Source of the DNA: Hydrolagus colliei
Taxonomy: Eukaryota
Assembly: GCA_035084275.1 (NCBI GenBank)
Contig: CM068746.1
Span: 23,746,001-23,810,000, forward strand
Length of the DNA: 64,000 bases
Reading direction: 5' to 3'
Shown here piece by piece: positions 1-15,000 of the stretch. The translations under genes were made by a program, and so were the position numbers. The stretch's first letter is position 1. Each line of letters begins with the position of its first letter. The notes below the pieces were generated by a model. That model was given only the letters and a program-made list of their open reading frames with translations, did not search any database and was not told where the DNA came from.

Positions 1-81
1 GCAGAATTTCGCATAGCCGTTGATATTGGAGTTGAAAATCACAGCAGATGGGCATTTGCCATCACAGGAAGCCACGTTAAC
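1..81 (-). CDS. otogl: otogl exon 57 (partial), cystine knot ([27 protein letters not shown])
   Basis: CxGxC cystine-knot motif, acceptor cttttccag; continues beyond window. Confidence 0.94.
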
Positions 82-3000
82 CTGGAAAAGAAGAAGAATA
101 ACTTGTTCAATCATCCTGGCTTACAAACTATAAATTTGCGCTTTAAATCTATCTACTGACGACAGATAATGTGTTAAATAATGTTTTGTTTGATTCTCAA
201 GGATGTACTTGGCAAGTTTTCATTTTGGCAAATAGTTTTCATTTTGCTTTATTTAATGTGCCTGAATGCCAAATAGAACAGTGTGACATGGATTTCTTTA
301 GTACAGCAATTGAGAGCGGGCAAAACAGATGAATTCTCACCCACTTGAATTGCTATCACTTGGGACTAAAGACAAATAGCTATTTTATAATGCTATCAAA
401 AAGCTGAGAGGGAGATTGGCTCTCTATTAATATAGAAACTGATATTTCCATGTATCTCACCTATCCCAGGGAATTATCGAGATAGATTTTTGGAATGAAA
501 TACATGCTACCTCCCTATAGGAAAACATCCTGTTTACCTAATTCTACAAGAATTATGCACAGGTTGACAAGAGTCAAGGTTTGGGGACGCCAGAGTGTGT
601 GTTGGTTGCTGCTGGAGTCTAACCAGCTAAAACTGCATAGCTTGCCATTGATAATAAGAAATAATACTTTCATTTAATATAGCGCCTTATCACGTCATTG
701 AGACATCTCAAAGTTCTTCTCAGAATATACTCTAATGCAAATTGACCATGCATTTTCTAGGCAAATTGTGCACAAACATTCGTGGATTGAATGACCCCAT
801 TTTCTTAAAATGTGTTTTATGAAGGGATTAATGCCCCCTTGATTTCACTGTCTGGCAAGCTTTCCTGATGCTTGTCCAGCTAGGACCACCCTACCCGTGA
901 GGTCTATGACTTGCAGGGTTTACAGGAACTGAGCGGGATGACCCCCTGCCCCCAGTGACTGCCCTTCCATGTACTACCGATGAGGCAAGCTGGCTGTCCT
1001 TTCATCAGCGGTGGCCTGGAATACTGTGGACCCATCCAGCTCAGGAACCAGATTACCTAGATTGCCACAGAGGGTTTGTGCGATTCCAACATTCCTTTGC
1101 CAAACATGTCACCTTGGAGCCAGTACAGCTGAGCTGGTTTCTGAGAAAATTGGATATTAAACAGAACTTCTAATATTGTTTTGATCCACAAACATAAATA
1201 AAAGTTAAGTTGTACATACAGAGCCAGTGGTGCGGCAGTCATCTTTTCTGATGATCATTTTGACAATTAATTTCTGGCAAGGCTTGCCATCTTCTTTGCC
1301 TAGTAACAAATGGATACAATATGAAATTTTAAGCATTGGAATAAATTGTAATTATGCTTTTGCAAAAACAATCATTAATATTAATCTCAAACTATGCCCT
1401 TATCTGTTTAATATATAGGGTGAAGTCATTAAGATCTGTTACAGGCAATCTTTCTTCATTGTCTTAAATTATTTGTCCAGCAAAGTACAGATTCAAGTAC
1501 TATATTTAGCATTAAGTCCAACCTAACTTTACTATTTTCAGATCAGTGACTTTCTATTCCAGTTTCTATAACATGATAGCAGATACAGTAAAAATGTGTA
1601 CACAGTATTAAATGATATATGATAGAAAACTTTGATTTGACTAAAATCACAGTAAAATAACACCAATCCTTGCGATTGATTTAATGCTTTTACATGTCAG
1701 GACATCTCAAAGTGCTTCACAGAATATACTGTAAAGTACAATGACTGTAATTTGTAGACAAATTTGCTCATTTGGAAACAATTTCACGTTATAATCGTAG
1801 AATAACTCTCAGTAACCCTTAAAATTACACGATTGAGAATAACATGAAAAGGTAATGGAAAAATAATTCACAAAGAAGAAATTTACTGCATGGCAGAACC
1901 CCAGCCTTTGCAAAAAAGAGATTAATTAACAAGAACTCGGAACATTGAGCCAGAGCACAATCTCGCACAACATTATGTCACATAACATTAAGAAACCATT
2001 AACAATAAGAATATTGCCATAAGACTAGGTGGCTATTTAATATGAGAACATTCTTGGTAGATTTCACTATATTCTGTTTAACCATGGAACCAACAAAAGG
2101 ATTTTTGTTTTTAAAAAAGTCATATTTTATCTCACTAACTACCTACCAACCTAACTTCTTGTCACATTTGCAATTTATACTGAAAATTAAGTGTCACATA
2201 TTAAATACTGTCAGTGTCTGAAATGTTAACATCCCTTATGAGTTTAGAATCAGCTTCTTAAACTGGAAGAAAAAAATGTCACAGAGGAAGCTAGGTCAAA
2301 ATGGAAGACATGGAGTTTAGAACGAGATTTCAGAAGGTATCTGCTGGGATCCTCCTGTTTCGAGTAGTACAACAATCCTGGCATTTGATATTGTGCCATA
2401 CACATTCAGATGTCTCAAAGCATTTCACAAGATTTTAAAGTGAGATGTCGTGACTGCATTTTGTCGGCAAACTACAAAATATGTATACATAAATAATCAG
2501 AATTTGCTGAAACATTGCAAAATAGTTACATTTGCAGATGACAATCAACTAAAGTTGAGGGGGTGGGGGGAAGTGATAGGGACCATGGGTACATAGGGGG
2601 CAGCAAAGATCTAACAAAGAAAACAGATTGAACTGAATTTTAATACAATTCAATTCAAGTTACTACATGGAGTAAAAGGCATTCAAGGATCAAGTTACCA
2701 CATGAAGGGTGATCCTCAGGATTAGGAGAAAGGGTTGAGTAATGTGCATTAATTAGGTAAGAGTCCCAGATGGAACTTTACCTTCAATGTGCCTTAGCCT
2801 CAACTTTGCTTTCACCTATGTAACTATTAGAAATATTTCCCTTTCGTACAGATTCTGACATGGTTTGAGTGAGATTCGCAATCAAAGGACAGATTACACA
2901 TCAGCACATTCCAGTGGCAAACTGGCACACATGGGTTACAAAAATAGGGTGAGTATTAACGCTTGTGAGTTGGAAGATGGCATTTAAGAATTATGAACAG

Positions 3001-6000
3001 CAAATAACATGGTTACAAAAAAGAGCACATCATCTGAATCTAACACCCCCGCAAAACAAGCAAGTATCATTGTATGAATAATGTTTCAAACATCATGCAT
3101 TTCACATAAAATTGGTTTAAGGTAACATTTTTGTCATTGAAAAAAATACTGAAATTTAAAAAATATATACAGTAATGGGAATAGTACCTGTGTCACAATT
3201 AGTACTACCAGTAGGGGCTACTGGGCTAATGGTAAAAGGTAATAAACCCAATCCAGAACCTGGCAGAATTATCAATATCAGTTTATTGTAAATAACAGTG
3301 TAAATTACATTGAAATATGACATTGCCTGGCATGCGTTAGATTAAGCTGGTGCATAAGAATATGTTGCTGTTTTAAATGGGTTAAGTATAAACACAAGCT
3401 GGTTTTTGAACTTGGAAGGCCATTCAAGTGCACATGCTTTTAGTCTGTGATGGCACGTTTATAAATCAACACTAAAGAATCACAGGAAAGCGTGTGATGT
3501 GGTGGAATCTCTGCAGCCACATCAATTGATGATGATGTACAATTCTGAAGTATAACAGTTTTTTTTTGCATTTGTACAAACTGCTTTCACTTGCAACGGA
3601 TTTTCTTTGGAAAATACACACACTATAATGGATGTAGAAAGAGTTAAAAGGTTAAACAGGAATATTTACTTTGAATGGCTAGATCGCCCTCAACCCCACT
3701 CCATTCAGTTGCACATACTTGTGAAAAAAATGGCAAACTTGAAGAACATTAAAACAATTAGAAAGGGGTTTAAATGGAATGTTACAATGATAAGGCAGAG
3801 GACCAGGCCATTGCCCCAACTACTCTGTATCTCTGTATAAGTTCTTGCAAGCTCCCACCCTTCCTATTCCCCTCACCTGTGCTCCTCCATTGAGATTTGT
3901 GGAGAATTTATAATACTAAAATAATTAAGAAAGTATGTTAATCTAAGAAAATAAGCAAAACAAAACAGATTGCCCTCCCTAGCTAAGAGAGGTTAAAGGG
4001 TATGGATAAGGTTCATTGAAAATTAAAGAAGTGAGCTTCAGGCTGATCACTGCAATAGTTAGTATTGTCTCTGTTCCACGCTTGTATCTATTGAAGGGAA
4101 AAATAATCTAAAATTGTAATTACAGTTTTGCTTCAATGTTATTACAGGATGTTATTCCAAAATTCTGCCAGACATTAAGGTACTTCCAAACTGAATGGAA
4201 GGAATGATAATTCCTAATCATATTCCTAATTTACATTTCCAAAGAGGAAATAAAGTGCCATCTATCTCTTGTTTATTTAACAGTTATACTCCAGAATAAT
4301 AAGGTCGAGATCAACCGAGCCAGCAGCCCGCGTGGTTTAGACTGCAGCCCCAGATAAGCAGTACAATAAGACGGACACAACGTTTTATGAAATGTTATCT
4401 TAGCACCATTCACCTCGATTCAAATACTACATGCTTTCCTCCCTCATTCCCCCAGTAATTCAGTTTGATACCACAGCACTCCGAAACCAAAGCCAAACAA
4501 GCACAATATGCAGCCTTGCTCACTTACAAGTCTTGCAGCAGCCATCCATGTAGGTCTTTACGATTCCCCCATTCTGCAAAAATGTTAACATTTTAACACA
4601 AATACCATTAAAATGGCCTAATGCCTCTTTTTAGTGAACACAGGAATGCATTGCTTTAAGATTCCAGCAGTGGCATGGAAGCAATCACTAATTTCCAATA
4701 TTGTAGCTTCACTCAGATTCTCTCCTTCCATTTTATGGCAATATACACCAGGTTATGATTCCACAGGATTAAATTCTCTTGTCCTCACACCACATGACCT
4801 TTCTCTAGCTAGTGGCTATTGGCCTGACCTCCACAGCAATTATACATTAGTGGCTGCTAGACACGCATCCACATGCAGTATGCTGTATTTTCAGCTATTC
4901 TGTCAATGTAGAACTGCTTGCCTGCTAAGCCAATTGTATGCAGGAGAACCACGATGTACCACTAATTGTGTAATATTGCAATTAGAGGCAGCAGCACTAG
5001 AACTAAATTTAAGTGCTAGTTTCAATCGCTTGTATTTTCTTCAGATAAAAGATAGACCCTCACATTGGTGCAAAGAATGATTAAAGAGGCACAAGAAAAG
5101 CTAAGCCTAACTTTATTATCGGAACATAGATTAAAAAAAACCTATTATACTCTGACTGCTCTCACACCAAATACCATCTCTTTTCACCTCACATTACTCG
5201 CTTATTATTTCTTTAAAATTAAGTCATTCGAGTAAGCATGGCATTCCAATACATTAAACATACCATATAATATTCAGAGGGATTTCTAGTGTTCCAATGT
5301 GAAGAATACAAACCTGTATACATTCAGTGTCATTAAACGGTGGGCAGACAACTCCAGAGCCAAGTATTCCAACCCCAACCGCAGTCTCCAGACATTCATA
5401 TCTGATGCAGTTTGAAACCCAAGACGTTCCTGCCTGGAGTGAGAGACATTCAGCATAAAGAAAGTTACAGTATCATTGCTTCAGCTGCCATTATTTTACT
5501 GATTTGAATTTGAACGTAGTATAATGCTCCGTTCATTCTGTATCTTTACCCAGGGAGGATGAGTATCCTATTCAGCTGCCTCCGACAATTTATTGTTTCT
5601 TTAACATCTGATCCCTGGTCTAATTTGAGCAAGTAGGCAGGAGACATGTGTCCTGCAGACCAATAGTTGGTCTATAACAGGAGAAGAGTTGGGCTATCTA
5701 TCTAATCTGCAGGACCATAGGTGCATCTTGGCCGTTTGAGAACAGGAAATGCGGAACATCTACAACAGCTGTGGGTTAGGAAGAAGAGGGCTGAGGTACT
5801 CAAATTGCACAGACTGCAATATAAAAAGTCTGATCTATACAGCCATCACTTAGTCTTTTGCATAGACATTTGAATGTACTCATCCATACACTGAGTTCAA
5901 ACTTTAGATTTTGCTGATGATATAATCAAAGAAAAATGGACAAGAGGTAAGATAACTGTTCTAATGGTCAAACATACCTTGTTTAAAATGGTTTCTCCAC

Positions 6001-9000
6001 TCTCATTCTCAGATGTGCATGAAATATTCTTACAAGAACCACAGCAAATATGGGGGTCAGATGAAGGAATGTAGACTTGATGCTATTGATAAGTAAAATA
6101 ATACAATAAATCTACAACACTCACAAAATGTATATTTTATGGGTAATTTTCTCTGTGAATATTCAGTAAAAGTGCTCAACAACATGATAAGGCACTAAAT
6201 CAAATACAACAGTTATTATTATTAAACTACAGTCTCTGATAAAAGTCGTCAGCCGAATCAGTTTAGCTTTCAGTTCCAATAAGGTTCACCACTAACCCAA
6301 GATAACTGTGAATTAGATAAGGATAAAATGCAGTTAAGGGTTGACAGTCCATGTTCAAAACAGGCATGTTTAATTGGGTAGTTTACCCCCAATGAAAAGC
6401 ATTACAGGTAATTATTTTCATTCATGAATTAACCCATGGAATATTGTCCAATCCGCATTTCAGACCACATTGAGGGCTATATCCAGTTCACTATTGCAGT
6501 CTAAAATGTTTTTACTGTTATGGGTTTACAATAGAATAATAATAATAATAATCCTTGCAGTTGATATAGTGCTTTTCACATTTTCTAGATGTCTCAAAGT
6601 GATTCACTTCACTGAATATAGTAAAGTGAATTAACTGTATATTTGTGGGTGAATAATAAGATTTGTGGATAGACCCAGAGCTAAAAAGAGGATACAGTCA
6701 AGATGGAATGAGCTGAGGGTAAAACAATGCTAGTTCTCACTCGTAGCAATAAATGCTTATACTGTATATACTTACAGGTTCACATTTTTCTGAACAGACA
6801 ACTACTGTAATTTCCATTGAATGGAACTGAGTGGCAGGATCTATCGAGCGCAAGCAATGGACTGTGTGACACTGTTCACCTTCAAAAGACTGGATCATTG
6901 ACTGGTCAGGTTTCAATACAGTCACACCTTGGAACAGACACACTTTATCCTTTTCTGAAACAAATAGTAAATCTTAATACAGTGTATAGCGCAACTCACA
7001 ATTACTCTTGGCTGATAACAGAAATTATTCCGCTAAAATAGTTAGCATTATTACTTTTTAGCATTTATCCCCATTTCCAATACTGTATAATGCTTCTTGC
7101 CTCAATCAAGCAACATTTGAAATAAAGGTATCAGGGTACAACAACAATTGCCTACAATCATATAACAAGCAATTGAAAAGAATTTACAAAGGTGTGGTAA
7201 GTGCATTTAATGGTCAATAACCTTATTGTTGCTGTATAATCCAATAAGGACTAGTAATAATGATCAGAGCTTGATTTAACTTACTGCAGATATAGCGAAT
7301 GCAGCCACAGACGTTCTGAAAGTCAGGATCCGCTGTGAGAACTTCTCCCTGATTTTATTAATAAATCAGAATCTTAAGTTATTCATCATATTAAAAAAAA
7401 CTTTCTAATACTAAGCAACATACAACAACAATGCAATACAAAGTTAGTTGACAGTGTATTGAATACTTGTTTTACTATTGGTTACAAAAGAGACTATCAC
7501 TCTGGTCTGACAATAAGGTTAATATTTCAGCAGTCATGTTATAAGTCCTCTACTCATTTCAGTGCATTTTATGTTGACTTGTGAGTACAGTAAAAACCCG
7601 TTTATCCATGACCCGATCAACCGTAACTTCTGTATAACCGGCACCTCAAAAAATGGCCCATATCGATTAACCGGATCTTATCTGGCACAATCGCTGTGGC
7701 GCATTTTTTTCCCCTCGTATCAGTATTTCGGAATGTTGCTGTTATTGCCTGAAGGTGGCACTGCCGTTTTCCTCCCTCACAGAGTACAGTATGATTACCT
7801 CTGAATGCTGCTGGTAGTGCACTTTCCTGGTTTGACAGAGAGGCAGGGAGAGAGAGAGGGTGGGGGGCAGTGGGGAGAGGGAAAGGGGGTGGGGGGGGGG
7901 GGGGGGGGGGGAGAAAGAGAGAGGAGTGGAAGGGGGAGAAAGAGGTGGGGGAGAGGAGGGGAGAGAGACAGAGGGGGTGAGTTGATTAATTTAGATGGAA
8001 AATGAGAGGAGTGGAGGGGGGTTGGGTTTGGAGCCATTGAGATGCCAGACCCACTGAGTGTTTGTGTGTGAAAGAGAGAGAGAAAGAAAAGAAAAAACGA
8101 GAGTACCCCTTTGATTGTGTGCTATGTTTATAGACTGTAATCGATATTTAGTGCTTTATTGGTAAGTATCCATTCAATATTCTGTTATTATTTAGTCTAT
8201 TATTAATATGGTATGTTTAAAAAAATGTAATACTTTTTTTAAAGTTAATATTTTTTGCGTTGGGTTTTCAGTAGCTGGCCGCCCGAATATCTGGCAAACG
8301 GTTTAACCGGCATTGGCCAGGTCCCGAGGGTGCCGGATAAACAGCCTTTTACTGTACATTAAACCATTAAACTACTTCTCAGGGGCTTATATTAACAGTT
8401 CAGAATAATGTACAACTGTCTTTTCATCATGACCATGACATTGTGTAATTGAGAATATGTACACAGATGCATTGGCACCACTTCATTCTTATACAATGTA
8501 CCACACTACACCAGTATAACAAAACAACTGGCGGATCTAAAAGAGAAATTAGGAGGAACTTCTTCCCACAGATGGCCTTAATGTGATGTGAAGTAGGACA
8601 TTTGCAATCAGGTTTCCTGCTCCAATAATGGAAATTAAGCTGCTTTGTTTTCAGCAGTGTAAATACAGGGATTACAAACCAGATAGAGAATATTTCCACT
8701 AAAAATATTTAAACTCACCACTTTACATGAAGTAACATCCGTAATTTCACAGTTGCATTCTGAAAAGCAAGAATGAAAGAGGTTTGAATATTTCAAAGCA
8801 ATCCAATCCTAATTCATTTAAAACTTTCTGTTTAAATGTAACTTAGGTGGTCATTACCACATTGCCATTCAGGGCAGCAGATCTCGGGAACATCTTTCTT
8901 TACCAGCTTTGTTCCAGATTCACAACTCTTGTCAGGGGGAGGACAGATATTTGCATCACAGACTGAAGAAAAGAGAGAAATGGAGACAAAAAAAGAATCA

Positions 9001-12000
9001 CTTCAGAGTAATTATTTCAATAAGGATTTAAATGACCATAGGTTAATGGTACAGTAGGTTTTTCAAGCTTGACTCTAAGATGCTCAGTCAAAATTCATGT
9101 TCCAGTGTTTGATGGTTGAAATGCAAGATGCAATTTGCAAAGCAAAAACATTGTCGATTTGAGATTGCTTATTTTGTGAGGTTATGCACCAAGGAATAAA
9201 TGCTTTTGCCACTGGGTGTTTGCTGAAATGATCAACTCCTTCGGTGGAAGTATTTAGCAGAGAAACAAGAGAGCCACGATAGGGAGAAACGGGAGGTGAT
9301 GTAAGAAACAAATATGAAGCTCAGGAGGTAGGAGATGCTGGCAAGCCAAAGATGGTGGGAGGGAACAGAAAGGAACAGAGAGGAGCATGAAAAGGAGACA
9401 CCAGAGAAAGAGAGAAGCAGAAACTCAGAAAGGAATAAAACTTTTGGAAAAGCCATCTCTTCACATTCATTCTCATCCCATAGACTTCATAGATATATAT
9501 ATATATGCAACATACATATACTCCTATTCTCCATCATATGTTGAACAAAGGAGAAGTGAGATGTTGGGCTGACCATAGGCACAGTCGAAGAGGAAGATCT
9601 TTAGGTGGGATTCAAGAATAGATAAAGAGGGTTAGTTTGAAATGGTCACAGAATATTGTAAACAGCAAAGGTAGTACTTGACTCACCACAGTGGTACAGC
9701 GGACAACACCGGTTGGTGCTGTTGAGATTAACTGCAAGGATTTCTCCTTCACTGCATATGGGAATTGGGTCAATGCAAGACTCACACACTGGAAAATTTA
9801 AAATAAATTAAAGAAAAAGAAACTATTCTCATACATAAATACAATTTGTTTTTTAAAACCAAATGTGGCATGTATTTGCAGTAAACACCTGATCAACATT
9901 TTTTTAAATTTAATTAAATCATGGTTCCAATGCTTGATAATAATATTCATCATCCTTGCATTTGATATAGTAGCTTATCGTGTTGTTGAAACATCTCAAA
10001 GCACTTTACAGGATTTACCGTAAAGTGAAATAACTGCAGCCAACCAATGTAATACAAATTTTAAGTCTAACTTTTAATTCTGCTGACCACACAATCTAGT
10101 TGATAAGAGCAAATGCTTTTGGTAATCAGAAACCTCTAACTTTACCCATTGTCCCATATCCATTTACCTTCTTAAAAAAAAGTACATTGGGATTTCGGGT
10201 ATATACCAGCTATGTACACATTGACACTCATGAACACCAAACATCATACCAACTTTTGAAAACAACAAACAAGGGGCACCATTTTCTCTAGTCTCACAGG
10301 AAATGTGTGAATAACAAAAACAATTGTAAACATTTAATGAAAAATGATTTTACATATACAGTGGTAGGTTTTCTAGTATGTTTCAGTTATGGCTTGGTAT
10401 CCCATATGCTTACCACATTGAAAGGAGAAACAGCAGGAGTTGTCCTTTCGCACTTCGACAAGGAACTGATCCTCTCTACATTCAGGGGGTGAACGAGTTG
10501 GGCAGGCCAGACAGTCACATTCTGTGCCGCAAAATAGAATAGGCAACATTACAGGGGAGTTGTACTCAGTGCAGCAGCTTCATACATTAAAAACAATAAT
10601 CACCATTTCATATTTTGCATTGTTCCAGCATTTAACACAATTAAATAATAATAATCCTTGCATTTGATATAGCGCTTTTCATGTCTTCTCGACATCTCAA
10701 AGCACTATCAAATGCAAGGATTGTACTGTAAAGTGAACTCTATATGAACTCTATATGTGGGTGAAACAAGCCATTATCCCAATTTTTGCTTCCGATACAC
10801 TTTCTTCAATATACTTTTCTGATCTGAATTTTGAGTAGAATTTTGCTTGCAATGTCCTTTTTACAATTAGCTGCTACCATTTTGGAAACAGCTACTTCTA
10901 CTAAAGTAATTATTTTCTTGTCTATATTGTAAAATCTTTAACATTTCCAACATTTGTTTTTCCGCTATTATAAATACCTATCAGAATATTATCAAAATGA
11001 GAAACATTCAAATTAAAAGTTGCAAGCAAGGATGTATAAATATCTAAATTAATCCAGACAATGAAACTATGCAATACAGTCCTTTCAATGACCACAGCAC
11101 TGGAATCTCAGTATCTCACAGTGCTTATTCTTGTTAAATCAATCTCTGACACTTACCACATCTGTAATCAGGGCAACATGAAATGCTGCTGTACCCTATT
11201 ACCAATTTATTTCCATTCTCACATGCTGGAACTTCATTGCCACATATTGTCAAATTACATTCTGAAAGTACAAGTGATCAGAGGATTTCAATTTTTCATG
11301 ACAATATTAACATTTGCTACTTTAAAGACAAAATATACATATCATTGTATTATATTTAAAAATGTTCTTTATATATAGTAAAGTACCCATCATTATTTTA
11401 CATCATGGTAGTTTCCTTTGACATAAGATCTCTCTCATCTATCTTTTTCACACTGGGTGTCGAGCTCATTAAAACATGTTCTTTTCAATGTAAAACTGAA
11501 TTTTATGAAGTAAGATTACAAACCACAGATCTTTGACCGTATTGAAATGGAAACATAAATTTGAATTCAATTAATCTTCTAGTTCCTCTATTCATTTATT
11601 TTTTAAAAACAAAGGTAGTCTTTCTTCATATTAAAAACATTTCTGACATTTTTACTGAAGACTTCTATTCCTTGATGTTAATACATTTAAGACGTACCAC
11701 AAATCTTCTTTGGGCAACAGACTCCCTCTTCAATGACACTGATAACCACTTCTCCTTCTCGTTCACAGATTGGTGATGGTATTTCACTACAAGTGGGTTC
11801 CACCGCAATAATTGTACCATTATCCAAGCATTTCTGCATACAGCACCCTCTTTGTGATCCATTCCAAGTCTCACCAGCTGACCTTGGCCTGCCTTCATTG
11901 TCTGTGCAAGCTGGGAGAAAAGATACACTAACAAGTAACTAAGCAGCAAGAATTAACACTCCAGTCTCAGGTTGTCAGTAATTTTGCTCTGTGAAATATT

Positions 12001-15000
12001 TTTCATGTCTCTGTCCCTCAAACACATTTTAGTTTCTACAAAACAATTCAAACATTCTACAGATCCAAACTCCTCACTTCTTATCACTACTCACGTTATC
12101 TTTAAAGTAGTCCACCTTCACCAAAAGGGAACAACAACGATAACAACTAATAGGTTATGTACTGTTAGGGTTGTAATGTGGGAATAAAAATGATGAAAAC
12201 ATATAAAAGCTTAAGCAATTTCATCGATCCCATCATCTGAGAAGCTGTACCTATATAGTAGCAATTGTAGCAGTTGTTACCAATAGGCAATTGCCAATGG
12301 CTCAGTTTACTAACCGCACTGTTGCTCTGTAACACAGTAGTTAGAGTCCGGTTGATGAAGCACAGTTCCGTGGGGACAGACACAACTCTCGCTGATGAAT
12401 AAACAGGTCGAATCATTCTCCAAATAGAAGTCCTTATTCTGGCATGTTTTACTCTCACAAGCTGGTACACAAGGTTGATATTCCATACCCATTGGACAGC
12501 TAAGTGCTGAATACACAGAAGTATGATGATTATTAGATGACCAAACTTTTTTTTCAAATGTAGACAAAGGTTTACACAAAACAAAATATGTTCACATCAA
12601 ATTTTTTGGAGATAAAACTGACAATGTAACATCACATAGGAAATTGATTTCTTATTGAAACAACTGGACCACAATTATATTCATGGTCACTTATTGCCCT
12701 TTGGGATGTCCTTTCAATGTGAAAAGTGCTATATAAATGCAATTTATTGTTGTATTACAGGAATCCAATTACTGGGTGTACAACTGAAACAGACACATCT
12801 AAATCTTTTATGTCAAATATCTCTGCAGTTACCACTTGCATCTGTTATGTGATTGCTATTCTGTTTAAGCATCTAAACTGTTGCATTGTGAACTTAATAT
12901 TAATATTGAAATCTGGTTCTCCAACTTATTTTATTATTTGGGAGACCCTAAACAGTGTGGCCTAAACAGGAAAGTTGGCACTGCAAATACACAGTGATCT
13001 ACTATATTTTGTTTTATGAAATTATGAAAAGCCTCAATTTTAAGAAAGTCTTACAACTTACGACAAAAGTTTGGAGTTCTCCACTGAATACAAACGTTGT
13101 ATTTGTTGCAAGCGGCTGCATATACAGCCAGAGCATCACATTGATGGGTTGTGTAGTGAAAATCCCGAATCCAGAGTTCACAAAATATCTCAGGAGTAAC
13201 CTTAGGGTGAACAAGAACATCACATACAACAACATGAAACAATTAATGCAACACTTTTCGAACTTGGTCAGAAATCAGCTTCTCCGATCCTAATAGTATT
13301 TTATACACACAGCATTTTCTAACCTGGTTTACTATCATTGCTTTTTCTACAAATCCTATGAAAGTGAGCCTGAAATGGAACAGAACATACTTACCTGAAT
13401 ATTTCATAACAGAATAAAATTATACATATTGTAAAATCTAAAATATATATTTCTCTTTGACCGCGCTTACGGTCACCTTCCCCCTCCCCCTGGCTCGGCC
13501 TCGGGTTCCGTCATTAAGTCCTCGGAGACGCTGCCTGACGTGGTGGGCGCTCTACAAATGCAAGTTGTTGTTGTAGTAATATTGTACCGTTAGTGGGGGG
13601 AGGAGGGATACAGCAATGGACAATGCGCATTACAGGTAAGCATCCACAGTCGCTATTGTCCAGCTTGCACTCAAAGTGCTGGTGCTGGCGTTTGGTTTGT
13701 TGTGTAGTTCATGTTACATGGCAAGTGCTTTATATTTGTCATTCATCTGTCAGATATCAGTGAATCTAATCTACATAATATTGAAATCTGTTCCACTGAT
13801 ATATTTTATTACAGAGCTGTACTGAACTGGTACTTTATAACCAGCAAATGTTGGCCACACTTACAACTGGATTGCATTACATTCAGCAATTGCTTATTAA
13901 TGTTTGATGTATTCCATTACCAGAATCGCTTGATCATAATAAATGTTAAAATGAAGAAATCCCTTCAACCATTTCATCTACTCATTCCACAATACCTTAC
14001 CATTATTGCATCGAGCTGTGTTTTTTAAATGAGACCAATATCCCGATCTGTATGCTTCTGTTAAACCAATCCAGCTGCTGGTAGACTTGCAAATAATTTA
14101 ACTCCTTGTATCTGAGCTAAACTTTCTCTTTACAATCTAGAATTTACTCTAAAGTTGCATGACTGTGTGTTTTGTGAGCAAACCTTATCTACTCTTATCA
14201 GGTCCCTTCGTGCAACCATTCTAGTAATCCTTGACTTACAATTGGGGTCACATTTTCAAAAAAAAATGTCTTCTTACCTGCTGATGACACTGTGTCCAGG
14301 GGCTTTGGTTCAGCATTTCAAAACAAGCAGTGCAGTTAGCTGTGGTACAGTTCTGCTTCCGACACCTAAAACAATCAGTCTCTCGTCCAGATGTTTCAAC
14401 CATCCAACTCTCAAGGAAAAGACCAATATTTTCCACTTCTGTAACAAAGGTCCCGTTTGGCAGCTTGAGGTCATCAGCAGGGCTGCCATTACAACAGCCT
14501 AAAAGCAAAAGACATTCATTGTCTTGAGAATTGGTGGTAGGATTAGTATTGCATCTGACCCTGCTGATCAATTAGGCCAATGAAACTCAGACCTAAACAT
14601 GAAGTTAACTTTATTCACGTATAGTGGGACACACAAGTAAAACATTCTGAATGAAATATAAACTGTGCAGGATCATTGTGGTAATTCAGCAAACAATTCC
14701 TTTATTGCAAGCACATTATTTTGACTAGCATTATGTAGTACTTAGTACCATCCAAAGCGTTTTTGTTCAAACTTATATGTATTTGTTCCAATGAAAGATT
14801 AACACAAGTCTCACACCATGCCACTTGTTATTATTATAATATTTTCCATATAGGAAATTAGTATCTGGAGTTTACTCACCACACAGCCCTTTAGTGCTTA
14901 TGGTTCTGTTGGAAGGCAACCCAAACTCTAAGACAATAATGCCTGTGCTGCGATACCACTGAATAGTAACTCCAGCTGGGGTTTGAATCAGGTACATTGT

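Noticed and set aside
4634-5080. 148-aa plus-strand ORF
   Set aside because: Intronic, GTG start, no recognisable domain or splice support
7795-8037. Pro-rich and Gly/Arg-rich ORFs
   Set aside because: Translation of the G-rich tract inside the MITE
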